Source: the human T2T-CHM13v2.0 reference genome, Homo sapiens
Assembly: GCF_009914755.1 (NCBI RefSeq)
Contig: NC_060930.1
Length of the DNA: 64,000 bases
Direction: 5' to 3' (one strand)
Shown: one piece after another, positions 1 to 15,826 of the stretch
Layout: every line of letters begins with the position of its first letter
Position numbering within the stretch: the stretch's first letter is position 1
Position numbers and translations under genes: made by a program
Notes under the pieces: generated by a model
Database searches by the model: none
Seen by the model: only the letters and a program-made list of their open reading frames with translations
What the model was told of the DNA's origin: nothing

Positions 1-283
1 ATGTTTACATTAGAAAGAAAGAAAGGCTTAAAGTCAACTATCCAAGTATCCATCTTTAAAAAAAAATGAGCAATATAAACCCAAAGCAAGCAGAAGAAAT
101 GTCAGAATTCAATGAAATAGAAAATAAACAAAAATAGAGAAATATTTAAAGACAAATTTGATTCTTTGAAAAGGTTAATCAAATTAATAAACCCTAACAA
201 GACTGATCAAGTAAAAATAAAGGGAAAAAATAATTTTTCAATATCATAAATGAGAGTATGGGATATCACTTCAGACCTTATAG

Positions 284-622
<339 letters not shown>

Positions 623-894
623 TAAATTTAACAACTTAAATGAAATTAATAGATGCCTTGAAAAATACAGCTTACAAAAACTAACACAGATGAAATTTTA
701 AAAATCTGAATATCTTTATATCTACCAAAGAAATCAAATTCACACTCAAAAACTTTCCTACGCTGTTTCTCTGGCAAATTAAACACTTAAGAAAGAAATA
801 TACCATAGTGAACATTTAAGGAACATATTAAACATTTAAGGAAGAAATGATACCCATCTTACCCAACTCTTAGGAAATAGAAAAGAAAAGCAAA

Positions 895-1207
<313 letters not shown>

Positions 1208-1691
1208 TCAATTCATTCTATGTGGCTATCCTAGCCCTGATACCAAAACCTGTCAGAGACATTATTAGAAAAAAAGAAAATGATAAACCAAAATACCTTA
1301 TGAATAAAGTCCTTAACAAGATATTAGCAAACCAAATCCAACAATAAAAAAGAAATAATAGATCACGACCAAGTGGGGTTTATTCCAGGATTGTAAGGTT
1401 GGTTTAACATTCAAAAATCAGCAATGTAACCAACTATATTAACAGAATAAAGGATAAAAACCACATGATCATTTCACAGATGCAGAAAAACCATTCAACA
1501 AAAATCAACACTCATTCATGAAATTTTAAAAATTTCAGTAATCTAGGAATAGAACTGATAAAGAGATCTATTGAAAACCTACAGCCTACATCATACTTAA
1601 TGGTGATTTACTGAACACTTGCCCCATAAGATCAGGAAAAATGTAGAGATGGCCATTCTCACCATTTCTGTTAAACATTGTACTGGAGATC

Positions 1692-2337
<646 letters not shown>

Positions 2338-2874
2338 AGGTGCAGTAAAATGATAAGGCAAGTGTAATAAGGCAAGAAAAGGAAATAAAAGACAAACAGA
2401 TTGGGAAAAGGAAAGTGGAATGGTTCCTATTTGTAGATAACAGATCGTATATGTAGAAAATCCTAAACAATCAACACAACAAAAATTATTAGAACTCATT
2501 AAAGATTTTAGCAAGGTCTCAGGATACAAGGTCAATATGTAACAATCAATTGCATTTTTATATACTAGCAGCAAACTATAAGACAATAAATTTTTAAATT
2601 TCATTTAAAATCACAATAAAAAACATGAAATACTTTGGGATAAATTTAACAAAAGATGTGCAAAGACTTTGACCCTGAAAACTACAAAACATTGATATAA
2701 GACTGTGCCTACTGAGTTTACAGCTCTCTGTGTCTCTAACCTGAGCTCTGCACGCTATAACAGAGAGGTGCTAGAACTATCTCCACTTGCTTTAGTCTAA
2801 TAAATGATCCCCATTCCATAAAACCGTGGACATTCTGATGCTTCCCATGAAACATCATGACCTATCCCCAACCC

Positions 2875-3485
2875 GTGTATCAATTTGGGCTACAGGGTGC
2901 CCAGATATTTGGTCAAGTATTATTCTGGGTGTGTCTGTGATGGTGTTTCTGGGTGATAATAACATCTGAATCAGTACACTGAGGAAAGCAGATTGCCCAC
3001 CCTGATGCGATTGAGCCTCATTCAGTTGAAGGTCTTACTAGAAAAAAAAGGCTGACCCTCCCCTGAGTAAGAGAATTCCTTCTGCCTGACTGCCTTGGAA
3101 ATGGAACAACAATTTTTTTCCTGCCTTCAGATTCAAACTGAAACCATAGGCTCTTCCTGGGTCTCAAGTCTACCAGTCTTTGAACTGCAACTACACCATT
3201 GGCTCCTGGTTCTCTGGCCTTTGGACTCAAACTGGAGTTACGCCATCAGCTCTCCTGGGTCTCCAGCTTGCCAACTCACCCTGAGGATCTTGAGATTTAG
3301 CCTCTGTAATCACACAAGCCAATTCCTTATAATAACTCAATCTCTCTTTCTCTCTCTCTCTCTCTCCCCCCCACCCCTCTCTCTGTGTATATGTGTGTGT
3401 GTGTGTGTGTATTTGTGTGTATATGCATACACATATATAGTACGTATATATTTTTTCTGTCTCCTGGAGAACCCTGACCAATACA
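2875..3485 (+). mobile_element. MLT2-family (ERVL) LTR with internal (TC)n/(TG)n microsatellite
   Basis: gggtgcccagatatttggtcaa… start region and …ggagaaccctgaccaataca terminus. Confidence 0.8.
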
Positions 3486-3919
3486 CACTCCCAAGCAGCA
3501 GCAGCTCAGAAAAGCTCAGGGCATCATTATGTCATAATTTCCAACCCAAGACTGTATAGGTTACATCAACATTGGTCATTAATATCATCATTACGAATTC
3601 TGAGAATATGGGAAATATTCTATAATATTATAAATATATGATATAAATTAAATTTGTATAAATATTTGAATTCAAAAATAAAGTAGATTTCACTAATAGC
3701 TAATTATCATTTTTATAAATTACCAACTCCTTACATATTCTTAAGCTATAAATTCTGTAGCATAACTGAATGACCCGTGTTTTCATGAGACCTTAATATC
3801 CCCTGCAAATCCCAGCACAGTGCTGGATATAAGCAGTGTTCAATGAATCTTCATCAACTGGAATTGAGCCTTTTGTTTGAACATTACAAAGTTAGGAAAC
3901 ATAAACCAACTCTAATAAT

Positions 3920-4090
3920 CAGAGCTAATATTATCGAATGCTTATTATCCAACAAGTACATACTCAGCACTTTGTGTGGCTATCTCAGTCTTCATAACAA
4001 TCTATGAATATTATTATTCCTACTATACAGATGAAGAAATTGATGATTAGCAAGGTTAAGTAACTTGTCCAAAGTTATATTGTTAGTAAT
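3920..4090 (-). mobile_element. MIR
   Basis: acagatgaagaaattga…aggttaagtaacttgtccaaagtta MIR core. Confidence 0.75.
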
Positions 4091-4691
4091 AACAGAGAGA
4101 AGATACTAGAGATAAATCAGAAGCTCTTAATTTGGGGGTCTAGGGACACCCATATGTTGTCAATAAGCTTTCAAGGGTCTGAAAAACTATTTAAATATGG
4201 ATATTAATTTTTTTCAAGGGAAAAAGCCTGGAGGTTCTTTTAGCGGTTTATGAACCTTAGAAGATGAAAGTCACTGTCCAGCTACAGGATCATAAATCAT
4301 TGAGCTAAGGCATCAACAGTGAACTATGTCTGCATTGGCTTGTCTAGAAAGATTCCCATATTTCATTATTCTCATTCAAAATCTCTTATACTTGAAGCAC
4401 AATTCTGAAGACGGTTAACTTCTTTTACAACTCAGAAAAATCAAAATTCTAAAAAGATGTTCTAGAACTAGTTTTCCCAGCACTTCTAGGTAGGGGAATG
4501 TTAGACCAAAACCCACTAAATATTATAGGGTGGTGGAATCATCCCTTATAATACAGATTTAAATAATCCTTCACTAAATTTTGCGACATAAAGTTTTGTC
4601 GAAAGGTTCACAACATACAACTGTGCTTTGTTTTCCTGGAAAAGCCCATTTTTCTGTAAATTAAGTTGTATGTTAAATGCTTTTAATTAGG

Positions 4692-5161
<470 letters not shown>

Positions 5162-5252
5162 TCAACTATTTTCCAAAGTAATCACCCCTAGTTCACCTTT
5201 TATATAAATTTATATATTGCCACAACAGGTTTAGAAGCAGTATATTGTGGAA

Positions 5253-5470
5253 CAAGGGTCAGCAAACTTCTTCTGTAAAGGGATGGCTAGTCGATATTAT
5301 AGATTCAGGAGCCATATGGTCTCTGTTAAAACACCCCAACTCTGCCATTACAGGGTGAAAGCAGCCATAGACAATCCATGAATGAATGTGCTGTGTTCCA
5401 ATATAACTTTATTTACAAAAAGAGGCAGCAGGCTGGATTTGGCCATCCCGCTGTAGACGGCAAACTCTAC
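5253..5470 (-). mobile_element. MER58A-like hAT-Charlie DNA transposon
   Basis: caagggtcagcaaactt…aaagcagccatagacaat…tgtgttccaatataactttatttacaaaa. Confidence 0.85.
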
Positions 5471-5489
5471 TGTAGAAGAGAAGACTGTA

Positions 5490-5705
5490 CAAACTTTGAG
5501 TTATACTGCCTGGATTCAAGTTCTGACTGCCATTTATCAGCTGTGTGACCTTAAGCAAGTTATGTAATATCATTGTGCTTCAGTTTCCTTATCCACAAAA
5601 TAGGGATAAATAACAGTACTTCTTCATAGAGTTGTTGTATTAAATGAGTTAAGAAACCTAAAAGTCCTCAATAATCACAGAATAAGCGCTCAGTCTCAGT
5701 TATTA
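5490..5705 (+). mobile_element. MIR
   Basis: agctgtgtgaccttaagcaagtta…cttcagtttccttatc…aaaatagggataa. Confidence 0.85.
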
Positions 5706-5739
5706 TTTTAACTGAAAGCGAGTGGCAGCTTTTACATCG

Positions 5740-6125
5740 CTTAGGATTAAGTCCGAATGACAGAAACCCAAAGTAACAAAGGCTTGAACAAGAGAAGCGT
5801 ACATTTGGCCCTCTCATCAGTTACGTCTGAGTGACCAGGGCAGCTCCACCATCCGCAGGGACCCAGGTTCCTTCTGTCTTGTTGCTTCACCAACTTCGAC
5901 ACGCGGTTTCCATTTCTGGGTCCACGCTGGTGTTCGCGTTCCAGCCATCAGGACCACTTTCCACACCGTCGCCAGGAAGGAGGAAGGCAGGGAGGACGGG
6001 TGCATCCACTCCCTCTAGAGATGCTGCACTCCCACGCCCTTGCCGCTTATTTACCATTGGCTAGAACCTAGTCACATGGCCACAGGGAGTGCAAGGGGAA
6101 CTGGGAGATGTAGTCTTGTTCCGAG
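5740..6125 (-). mobile_element. MLT1 (J/K-like) MaLR LTR
   Basis: cagggacccaggttccttctgtcttgttgct and ccattggctagaacctagtcacatggccac motifs. Confidence 0.7.
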
Positions 6126-8082
6126 TTTTCCCTGGGGGAATTCCATTTCCTGTAAGGAGAAAAAACAGGTATCAAGGTAAAACCTGCAGTCTCTAACACA
6201 GCCTGACTTTCCAATACCCAGCACATTAAAATCAAAACCTTTAATTTAATAACAAGAGTAAAGAAAGGTAGCTGATGGGGGCACTTTGAAATAGGAAGAG
6301 CACCACAAAGAAGAGAAGATAGGGCAGCGCAGGTGATTTCCTCAAGATTTTGTTCATTTGTGGCCTGTTTGTTGTGAGATTGACAGGGAGGGTCTGGGGT
6401 ACAAAAATCATATCCGACAGTCCTTATTTTCTTCCTCCATTTACAAAGGATTGAGAGACTGGCACACAACCCCACTCCCCCCACCCCCAGCCCTGTTTTC
6501 TGTATTCTCAACCTAACCAGGGCAGTAATAGATAAGGTAGGAGGTGGACTCGGTCCTTGGGAGGATTCAACTGGGAAGCTCTGGGATAACACAGGAGACC
6601 TGGCACTGCTTGTGAGCTCAGCTTTGACTCTATGACCAGGCCTTATCTCTGCAACCACAGCCCACCTCAGCCAATTGTCCTTGCATCCCACACAGCTTTG
6701 CCCTCCCTCTCATTCTGCTCTTGTGTTGTCTTCCAGAAGTTGGGTGTAGGGTTCTGGGAGGAAACTCCTTTGTCTTTCTGGTTCTCTGTTCTCTCCCTAA
6801 GTAGCAGGAAACAGAAGTAGCAGCAGCAGCTTTCAGAATTAGGTGCTTCAAAGGCTGAAACAGCTGAATCCATTAAAATCCTGTGGTCTGGCTCCTAACT
6901 GTTTCGATCATCATTGTTGGAACGGTTTGGGAACCCACTGGATGAGAACAAATTTCGTTGGAGTCACTCTGATGCATTTTAGGGCTGTAACTATGGGTTT
7001 TTTAGTAAGATTGTTTCTGGTGTTTCAGTTTTGTTTATAAACAGATTGTATCAGAAGGTTTTTGAGTGAGCATCTGTCAGATTCTTGCAGTTCTAGCTTA
7101 TGCCATTGAATACTTTGACATCATGTATTTTTCACCTCCCAAACTGCATATGCAGGTTAAATTAATTCAGTGACTAAATTAATGATGATAGTCTTCTATT
7201 GCTATTGTCTATTCCATTCAGAAGAAAGTTTTGTAGTCTAGTACATACAATGGAAGTTATTTTTCCTAATAGCAAAGCAAAGAATAAACTGTCTCTTTCT
7301 TTGAAAGCCAATTAGTCCCCTCTGCAACTATCCAATCAGTCTCCTGTTTGAGTTGGCTGAAAATGCCTGAAATAACCATAAACCATAGCACCTAGGACAA
7401 TGCCTGGTCCTTGGTAGGTTTTCAATAAATGTATCTTGAATAAATAAATGAGAATCATGATTTTGCTTATGAGTATTTTTGAAAAGCTGTGCCCATCCTC
7501 CTCAACAAATACTTCTCTAGCACTTGGCAATGTGACACCTTTCTTCTCCTTGGCACAAACTGCAGGTGTTACAACAAAAATGTGGCAGGCTGTTAAGTCA
7601 GTCCAGAGCAATTGGTAATTAGCCCACATCAGGGCAACACTTGATATTTCCAGCAGGACAAGCTCTTGCATTGCACGGGGGTAATGATTGTTTTTCTCTT
7701 ACGCCTTTCTCAGCTTGGATTCATTACCTCATCAACAAGTTACTAATTATTAAAATTTCCAGTCAACATGAGGGATACCTATTGGTATGATTATGAAGGA
7801 ATCATTTAACAAGAGGTTTAGAAAAAATAATCCAGCAGAAAGCTAACCCCATTGAAAACACTTGAACCCTGGAACATTTAATTAAGGTGATCTGGAAACA
7901 CAAGAAAAGCAAAACTCCTTCATATTGTTGCTTGTCTCTTTGTTTTGGATTTCCGTGGGATCCAGTCCTTTTGAATTCAGTTATTTTACTTAATTAATTT
8001 ATTTTTCTAATTTTACCCCTCCCTCCCTCCTTCCCTCCATCCCTTCCTTCCTTCCTCCCTCCCTGCCTTCCTTCCTTCCTTC

Positions 8083-8369
8083 TTTTTTTTTTGATACAGA
8101 GTCTCACTCTGTTGCCATGTGGAATGCAGTGGTGCCATCTAAGCTCACTGCAACCTCCGCCTCCCGGGTTCAAGCGATTCTCCTGCCTCCGCCTCCAAGT
8201 AGCTGGGACTACAGGCGCGCACCACCACACCCAGCTAATTTTTGTATTTCTAGTAGAGATGGCGTTTCACCATGTTGGCCAGGATGATCTCGATCTCTCG
8301 TCCTCGTGATCTGCCCGCCTTGGCCTCCCAAAGTGCTGGGATTACAGGCGTGAGCCACTGTGCCCAGCC
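8083..8369 (-). mobile_element. Alu (AluSc-like) preceded by a (CCTT)n tract at ~8016-8082
   Basis: Reverse Alu with ggccaggatgatctcgatctc. Confidence 0.92.
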
Positions 8370-8680
8370 GATTTTTTATTTTTTAATTGACAAAAATATA
8401 TATCTTTATCATGTACACTATGTTGTTTTACTACATGTATACAATGTAGAGTGGCTAAATGAAACTAACATGTGCACTACTTCACATACTTACCATTTTG
8501 GGGTGAAAACACAAAATCCACTCTCTTAGCAATTTTTGAAAATATATTTTTATTAACTAAAGGCACCATTTTCTACAATAGATCTCTTAAACTTAATCCT
8601 CCTGCCTAGCTGGATTTTGTATCCTTTGACCAACATTCTCCCCAGCTGGCCTCCCACCTCTCCCCCAGCCCCTGGTCCTT
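8370..8680 (-). mobile_element. L1MA-type 3' end fragment
   Basis: aaatccactctcttagcaatttt…aatagatctcttaaactta…tgtatcctttgaccaacat. Confidence 0.8.
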
Positions 8681-8860
8681 CATATTATTAAGAGCCCTTC
8701 AATGCTCAGTGTTTTAAAAGAGCATGTGTTAATTATTTAAAGTATTTAGTGTGTTTGTTTTGGCTTCAACCTTGTCCAGTGGATGCTCAGAACTTTTTCA
8801 CTTCCAGCTATTGTTCATATATCCACCCCGTGCCAGCCTGATGATACCAGAATCACTGGG

Positions 8861-9180
<320 letters not shown>

Positions 9181-9978
9181 TTAGAATTACTTTTGATAAA
9201 TACCAAGTAGGAGGCATTTTATTGGCTTCAAAATAGAAGTTAATGTCTTCACAGCTGAGGAGGTCCATTTCTGAAACCCAAGGACCTTGGCTTTGGAGAC
9301 ATTCATGCTATGCCAAAGATATTCCCCATCCCCCGCCAAGTTTTTATTCATTCCCTTTCATTGTTTTGTGTATGTACCAACTTCTTCCCTCCAACCAGAT
9401 CTTTTTTGTTCCCTCCAACTAGTATCTTCTTTTAAGCATCTCATATTCCTGGTCTTTTAAAAAAAGACAATATATATATAAGCTAAATACTAATTTTCTA
9501 AAGTAATTCACTCAAAATATCTAGTTAATAGGATGCTAGCGAATGCTGGTCTTTTACAAAAAGCTAAGTTCCTTAGCAAGCAGGACTTGGTCTTGCTCAT
9601 GCTTGCACCCATCCTGCCTCAGCAACCCCAGCACCTTGCACAATTCTTCATGCACCTAGCAAGTCTGCAACAAATACCTATGAAATAAAAGAGGAGACAT
9701 GACCATCAAGCAGTAGTTCCTATTTTCTTGTGTGGCTTATAACCTGATTTGAAAGTACTTACAAAAATATTTTGAGGGGTGGCCCCATCAGGTAAATGAC
9801 CACATGGCTCCAAGGGGTCTGCTTTGAAAACAGCCTCATGTGAAACCCTAAGACCTGGTATATTTGTTGGGGGACAAAAATGGTTTTCTTATTTTGCAGA
9901 CATTTGGCTTTATGAAATTTTAGAATATTAAAAGTATATCTTGTTGGTCAACTAGGCTAAGCTTTCTCGTGAAGAAGC

Positions 9979-10343
9979 TGATATGGTTTGGCTGTGTCCT
10001 CACCCAAATTTCATCTTGAATTGTAGCTCCCATAATCCCTATGTGTCATGGGAGGGACCCAGTGGGAGGTAATTGAGTCATAGGGGTGGGTTTTTCCCCT
10101 GCTGTTCTCATGATAGTGAATAAGTCTCACAAGACCTGATGGTTTTATAAAGGGCAGTTCCACTGCACACGCTCTCTTGCCTGCCACCATGTAAGACATG
10201 ACTTTGCTCCTTCTTCGCCTTCTGCCATGATTGTGAGGCCTCCCCAGCCACGTGGAACTGTGAGTCTATTAAACCTCTTTTTCTTTATAAATTACCCTGT
10301 CTCAGGTATGTCTTTATTAGCAGCATGAAAACGGACTAACACA
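9979..10343 (+). mobile_element. THE1B-type solo LTR, 5-bp TSD GAAGC
   Basis: TGATATGGTTTGGCTGTG…GACTAACACA, 365 bp, GAAGC on both sides. Confidence 0.93.
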
Positions 10344-11064
10344 GAAGCTAAGGCTCAGACAACTTACAGAACTTATTCAAGTCATTAGTTCACAGTAAAG
10401 GCAGGGCTAAAGCCAAGTCTTCTTACTCCCTAAATCACTTGATATTAATGATATTTTCTTGAACTACTACATTGTTTTGTCCATAGAGACTGCTAAAAAC
10501 GAACACACAACATCTTTATATTTTATTTATTTATTTTGACTAGGAAATTTTCTTGAAGAATTAGTAAGAGAAGTCTTATTTCTGATAGGCCATTACATCT
10601 AAAGATTTATAATAAAAGAGAGTTTCTTTTTCTGACCCAGATAAACTTAGCAAACATGAAATACATAAAACATAAAACTCTACTTATTCTCTAGCTTCCT
10701 ATTAGCTAGATGTTTTAAATGACTTACTTTTAAAAATTAGTATTTAGCTTATATTTATATTGTCTTTTTTTAAAAGACCAGGAATATGAGATGCTTAAAA
10801 AAAAGAGACTAGATTTCCCCAGATGCAAGGTGAGAATATTGTCCTGCTCAAACTTCCTCCACCAAAAAAGGAAAAGATTTGGAAGAGCAGAATTTAAAAA
10901 AAAAAAAAAAGTAGAAAATTGAAAGGAAATAGATCAAGATGAATTTTAAAATAAAGTAAACTGATCAACAGAGACTAGAAACTGAACAATCATATGCAGT
11001 ATGTGCACCTAGTTTAGGTCCCATTAAACCAAATATGAAAATGAAATATAAAAACACATCTTGA

Positions 11065-11365
<301 letters not shown>

Positions 11366-12264
11366 ATTAAAACATATCTTAGGGATATTTTAGAAAACTT
11401 GAATGTGGATAGGGTATCAGATATTGTAAAAGAATTATGTTGTTAATTTTGTTAGGTATGATGATAGCATTATGATTATATAAGAAAATATCCTTAGGTT
11501 TTTGAGATGTACAGTGATGTATTTAAAGGTTAAGTGTCCTGATGTCTGGGGCTAGTTTTAAAATACTTCAGCAAAGGGGAACATAGATGAAACATGGTGA
11601 AATATTAACAATTGTAAAATTAAAGTGATAATTTTATAGTAATTCATTATATTATTCCCTCTGCTTTTACACATAAACTTGTTATAAACTTTCATAGGAA
11701 TAATGCCAAAAGCACATTTGGGCAAAGGGAACAGTCTTCCCAATTTAACCTAAGTACCATTTCAATGTTGGAACAGCGTCTGGGGTGGTATAACACTAAA
11801 AATATCTTTGACGTAGAGGTGCAAAGCTAGCCAGTTACTGGACAAAAGTTATACTTCTTATCTTCCTGTAAGTAAAAAATTTTAAATTTAAAACTACGAA
11901 CAAAATCAGTATTTTATTTAAAGAGGAAGTGTGACTTGACGAATTGGCATTTTAGGAATAAAGGAAGTCAGAATCTGAAGTCACTCCCAGGAAGGATCCA
12001 CATGAAATTACAGCCAACGAGGTCTGTCAGGATGCCTTTAACCCATGGATTTAAGTGATCTTTTTTTTTTCTTAATTATTGTTCCTGTCTTCTTCAGTGC
12101 TTCCTTCAATATAAATATGCTCGCAATGCTGTTTCTTGGATAAATCTCACACATGTTATTTCCTTAAACTGCCAACGGAATGGTGTTTGGACTATTAGTA
12201 AGGAGTATAGCTTTTTTAAATTTATATTGGATCTGTCAGACCAGAGAAGAGAGGTGTGAGTCAG

Positions 12265-12620
12265 GACAGGCCAGGTTACGACGTACAAGTTAACCTTGAG
12301 AATCTCAGTGGCATTAAAGTTCATCTCTCACAAAAACTCTACTGTTGGTCAGCAAGGCAGTGGGGGAAGAGAGGGGAATAGACTGGGTGGGGAGCCAGGC
12401 TGCCAGAGGATCCATCTGGTGGCTGCGCCATCTGGAACTTGCCACAGCAGGACAAGAGAGACTGGGGCTTCTCGACAGTCACTTTTGCTCACTTTCCTTT
12501 GGCCAGAACTGGTCACAGGATCCCACCTAACTGCAAGGGGGCAAAGAAGTGTGGCCTCCTATATGTCAATGAAGGAAAAGAGAACCATGTTTCGGTGGGC
12601 ACCCTGTTTACTTCATTGTC
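12265..12620 (-). mobile_element. MLT1-family MaLR LTR (old)
   Basis: cttttgctcactttcctttggccagaactggtcacagga…cctaactgcaagggggc. Confidence 0.65.
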
Positions 12621-12929
12621 ATTACATGCTGCGTAGATGTATTGATCATCCATCTATGCAAAAACTATTTGTTGAGTATCTATTACACACAGGCACTATT
12701 CTAGGTACTGATGACAATTCAGGGATTTAATTAAATGGCTGCATTCCATAAAGGCGAGTACACAATAAGCTCAGCTCTTTTCTTGCTCACCAGAATAAAA
12801 TATAACCCCAAAGGACAGAGATAAAAATCTGTTTGCTGATATACACATAATACATATCTAGAAGGTATTATATATTATAAATACTTAAAAAAATTTTAAT
12901 TACTATCAAAGATGATTATTGGAGTGTCC

Positions 12930-13095
12930 TAGCTGTGCTCCTACTGTGTAATCTCTGTAAGCCTCAGTTGCCTCCTTTGTAAAATGGATAAAGGGATAAT
13001 ATTATGTACCTTAGAGAATGGTTGCAAGAATTAAATGAGATGATGCATGTAAAGGCCCACAGTACCTGGCACACAGCAAGTGCTCTGTAAATGTA
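12930..13095 (+). mobile_element. MIR
   Basis: gcctcagttgcctcctttgtaaaatgg…attaaatgagatgatgcatgtaaag…cctggcacacagcaagtgct. Confidence 0.8.
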
Positions 13096-13229
13096 AAATA
13101 CACAAGTAATTTCTAATTAAAGTTAAATAATTTAAAATAACACAAAAATTGAATTTAAATTGTTAGGAAGCATCCTTCCTTCCTGCCCCCCTGTCATCCA
13201 TGTCTGGGAGCATAGTATAGAGTACTGGA

Positions 13230-14760
13230 AAGAAAAAAACTAGAATTAACCCTGTGGTGTTAGATTTGGAATTGGAAGTATCGGTATGAATTCAGTTTTT
13301 AATATACACAATAGTAATAATATAAAGCATATGCTTTGACATATGGAGATAAAGAAATGAAAATAAATGTAAATGTCTGATACATATGTGGTTGTATGTG
13401 TGTGTGTAGATAGATACATCTATAGCTCTATTTTTATTTAAATAATAGATAGATCGATTGTCTAACTCTTCCTCAGAGCAATGATACCCATTCACAATGT
13501 GCACACCTAGAGTCTAGACCTTGGTTTCTAAATATCATTCTTTACTAAAAGGATTCCAAGGTTCTTGGGGAAATGACTGATTCCAGGGTTGGGGCAGGGA
13601 AAATACAAGATGGGCCTAGAATATCTTTTTGTGCCAGAAAATAGAGAAAGGCTCATTGAAGGACAGAAACATGTTAAAAGCTCATAGAAACCAGTTTGAT
13701 GGGCCTCACACTGGACAAATCCAGGACAACTTGGCATCAAAATAAGTAACTATAGTAAGGGATGATAGTCCACTAAATAAAATAGGAATCCGGAAGTCTA
13801 TACTGATGCAATGAGATGCTACAATAAATAAGCGTGGGGAAAAGAAAGCTTTTCTTACAGTGAAATGCTAACTAATAAATGTACAAGGGATGATGGAATT
13901 AGAAAATTGGTACTTGGCAACCTAGTAATTATTAATGCAACCAGCAAACACCAGTGGATAATAAAACTAGTGGGTGAACATTTAATGAGGGATGGAATAT
14001 TTTCATGGTTTCAAAGTACCTCCTTACCAGAGTCTTACTAGCATCAAAAGAAAAAAGGGGAGAAAACCTAGAAGACAACACTCTAATCAAGTGATCAAAG
14101 TTAATATCATCTGTAATGAAATAAATGGAAATTTTATACCCCCTGTGAGGGCGCAATGAGACGAACTCACCATGATTTCTGTGATATTCCTGCAAAAAAG
14201 CATAACCTGAATCTAATCATGAGGAAACACCAGTCAAACCCAAACTGAGCAACATTCTAGAAAGTAACTGGTTTGTAACCTTTGAAAATGTCAAGATCCT
14301 GAAAGTCAAGAATAAACTGATGAACTGTTCTAGATTGATGAAGATCAAAGAGGAATGAGAAGAAATGTAATGCTCGACCCTAGGCTGGATCCTTTTTAAT
14401 AAAGGACATTATTGGGATAATTGGTGACATTTGAACATGGTCTGATGACTAGCTGACTGTACTTCACCAATGTTAATTTCCTGATTGCGAGGGCTGTACT
14501 GTGGTTATTTAGGAGAATGTCTTTGTTCTTAGGGAATTTCACACAAAAGTATTTAGGGGTGATAGGATATCATAGCAGCAATTTACTCTTAAGTGGCTTA
14601 TTTCTACAACCTTTCTCTAAGCTTGAATGCATTTCAAATATTAAAAAGCCAGGGATGGATGGTGGTGATGGTTGCACAACAATGTGAATGCACTTAATGC
14701 CACTCAATTGTACACTTAAAATGATAAATGTATGTTGTATGTATTTTACAATAATGTTTT
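13230..14760 (+). mobile_element. L1MC-type 3' region plus a short L1MB-type 3' end (~14650-14760)
   Basis: agaattaaccctgtggtgttaga…, cttggtttctaaatatcattct…, gatggtggtgatggttgcacaacaatgtgaatg. Confidence 0.75.
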
Positions 14761-14839
14761 TAAAGCTAGGAAAATCATATATGAAAAATAGATAATAAAA
14801 TGGTTGCTCGGGAAATACATTCAGAACTAGTTGGTTCTC

Positions 14840-15224
14840 TGTATTAGTCAGTTCTCACGCTGCTATAAAGAATACTACCTGAGACTGGGTAATTATGAAC
14901 GAAAGAGGTTTAATTGACTCACAGTTCCACAGGCTTAAGAGAAACCATGGCTAGGAGGCCTCAGGAAACTTACAGTCATGGTGGAAGGGGAAGGGGAAGC
15001 AGGCACCTTCTTCACAAGGCAGCAGGAGGGAGGGTGTGCAAGAACGAGGAAGTGCCACACTTTAAAACCATCAGCTCTCTTGAAAACTCACTCACTATCA
15101 TGAGAACAGCCTGGGGGAGACGACCCCCAATGATCCAATCACCTCTCACCGGGTCCTCCCCTGACACACGGGGATTACAATTCGAGATGAAATTTGGGTG
15201 GGGACACAGAGCCAAACCATGTAA
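14840..15224 (-). mobile_element. MSTA/THE1D-type solo LTR, TSD TTCTC
   Basis: tgtattagtcagttctcacgctgctataaag…gggacacagagccaaaccatgtaa; TTCTC on both sides. Confidence 0.9.
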
Positions 15225-15471
15225 TTCTCTGAACTCGAATTGCATGTGTGTGTGGAGAGGTATGTGTACATGCACACTTACCTGAATCCTAGCGAAGAGG
15301 ATTAAATCAATTACTCTCACCCAGTGGGTCTCCTTGGGGCAAGATCAGCCTTGAGGGCTATTTGCAACTTTGTGGGGACACTTTTCTATTGTCACTATTA
15401 CCGGAGAAGGAGGGCACTACTGGAATTTAGTAGGTGGGGGCTAGAGATACTATAAGAGAGCCTAGACTGCT

Positions 15472-15826
15472 TGTATTAGTCCGTTTTCACACTGCTGATA
15501 AAGACATACCCGAGACTGGGAAGAAAAAGATGTTTAATTGGACTTACAGTTCCACATGTCTGGGGAGGTCTCAGAATCATGGCAGGAGGCAAAAGATACT
15601 TCTTACATGGTGGTGGCAAGAGAAAATGAGGAAGAAGCAAAAGCAAAAGCCCCTGATAAACCCATCAGATCTTATGAGACTTATTCACTATCACAAGAAT
15701 AGCATGGGAAAGACCCGGCCCCCATGATTCAATTACCTCCCCCTGGGTCCCTCCCACAACACTGGGGAATTCTGGGAGATCCAATTCAAGTTGAGATTTG
15801 GGTGGAGACATAGTCAAACCATATCA
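15472..15826 (-). mobile_element. THE1A-type solo LTR, TSD CTGCT, inserted into a MER20-like hAT element (from ~15322)
   Basis: tgtattagtccgttttcac…caaaccatatca with CTGCT on both sides; MER20-like sequence continues on both flanks. Confidence 0.9.

Noticed and set aside
6068-6691. 207-aa minus-strand ORF
   Set aside because: No recognisable domain, it runs into an MLT1 LTR, and there is no promoter or splice context; consistent with chance in a 64 kb window.
12409-12438. Two adjacent partial CTCF-like strings (ccatctggtggc, gcgccatctgg)
   Set aside because: Each lacks half of the core motif; they are also plain E-boxes within an MLT1 remnant.
14840-15826. Two adjacent same-orientation MaLR LTRs as a collapsed provirus
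   Set aside because: Different subfamilies with different TSDs (TTCTC vs CTGCT), so they are independent solo LTRs.
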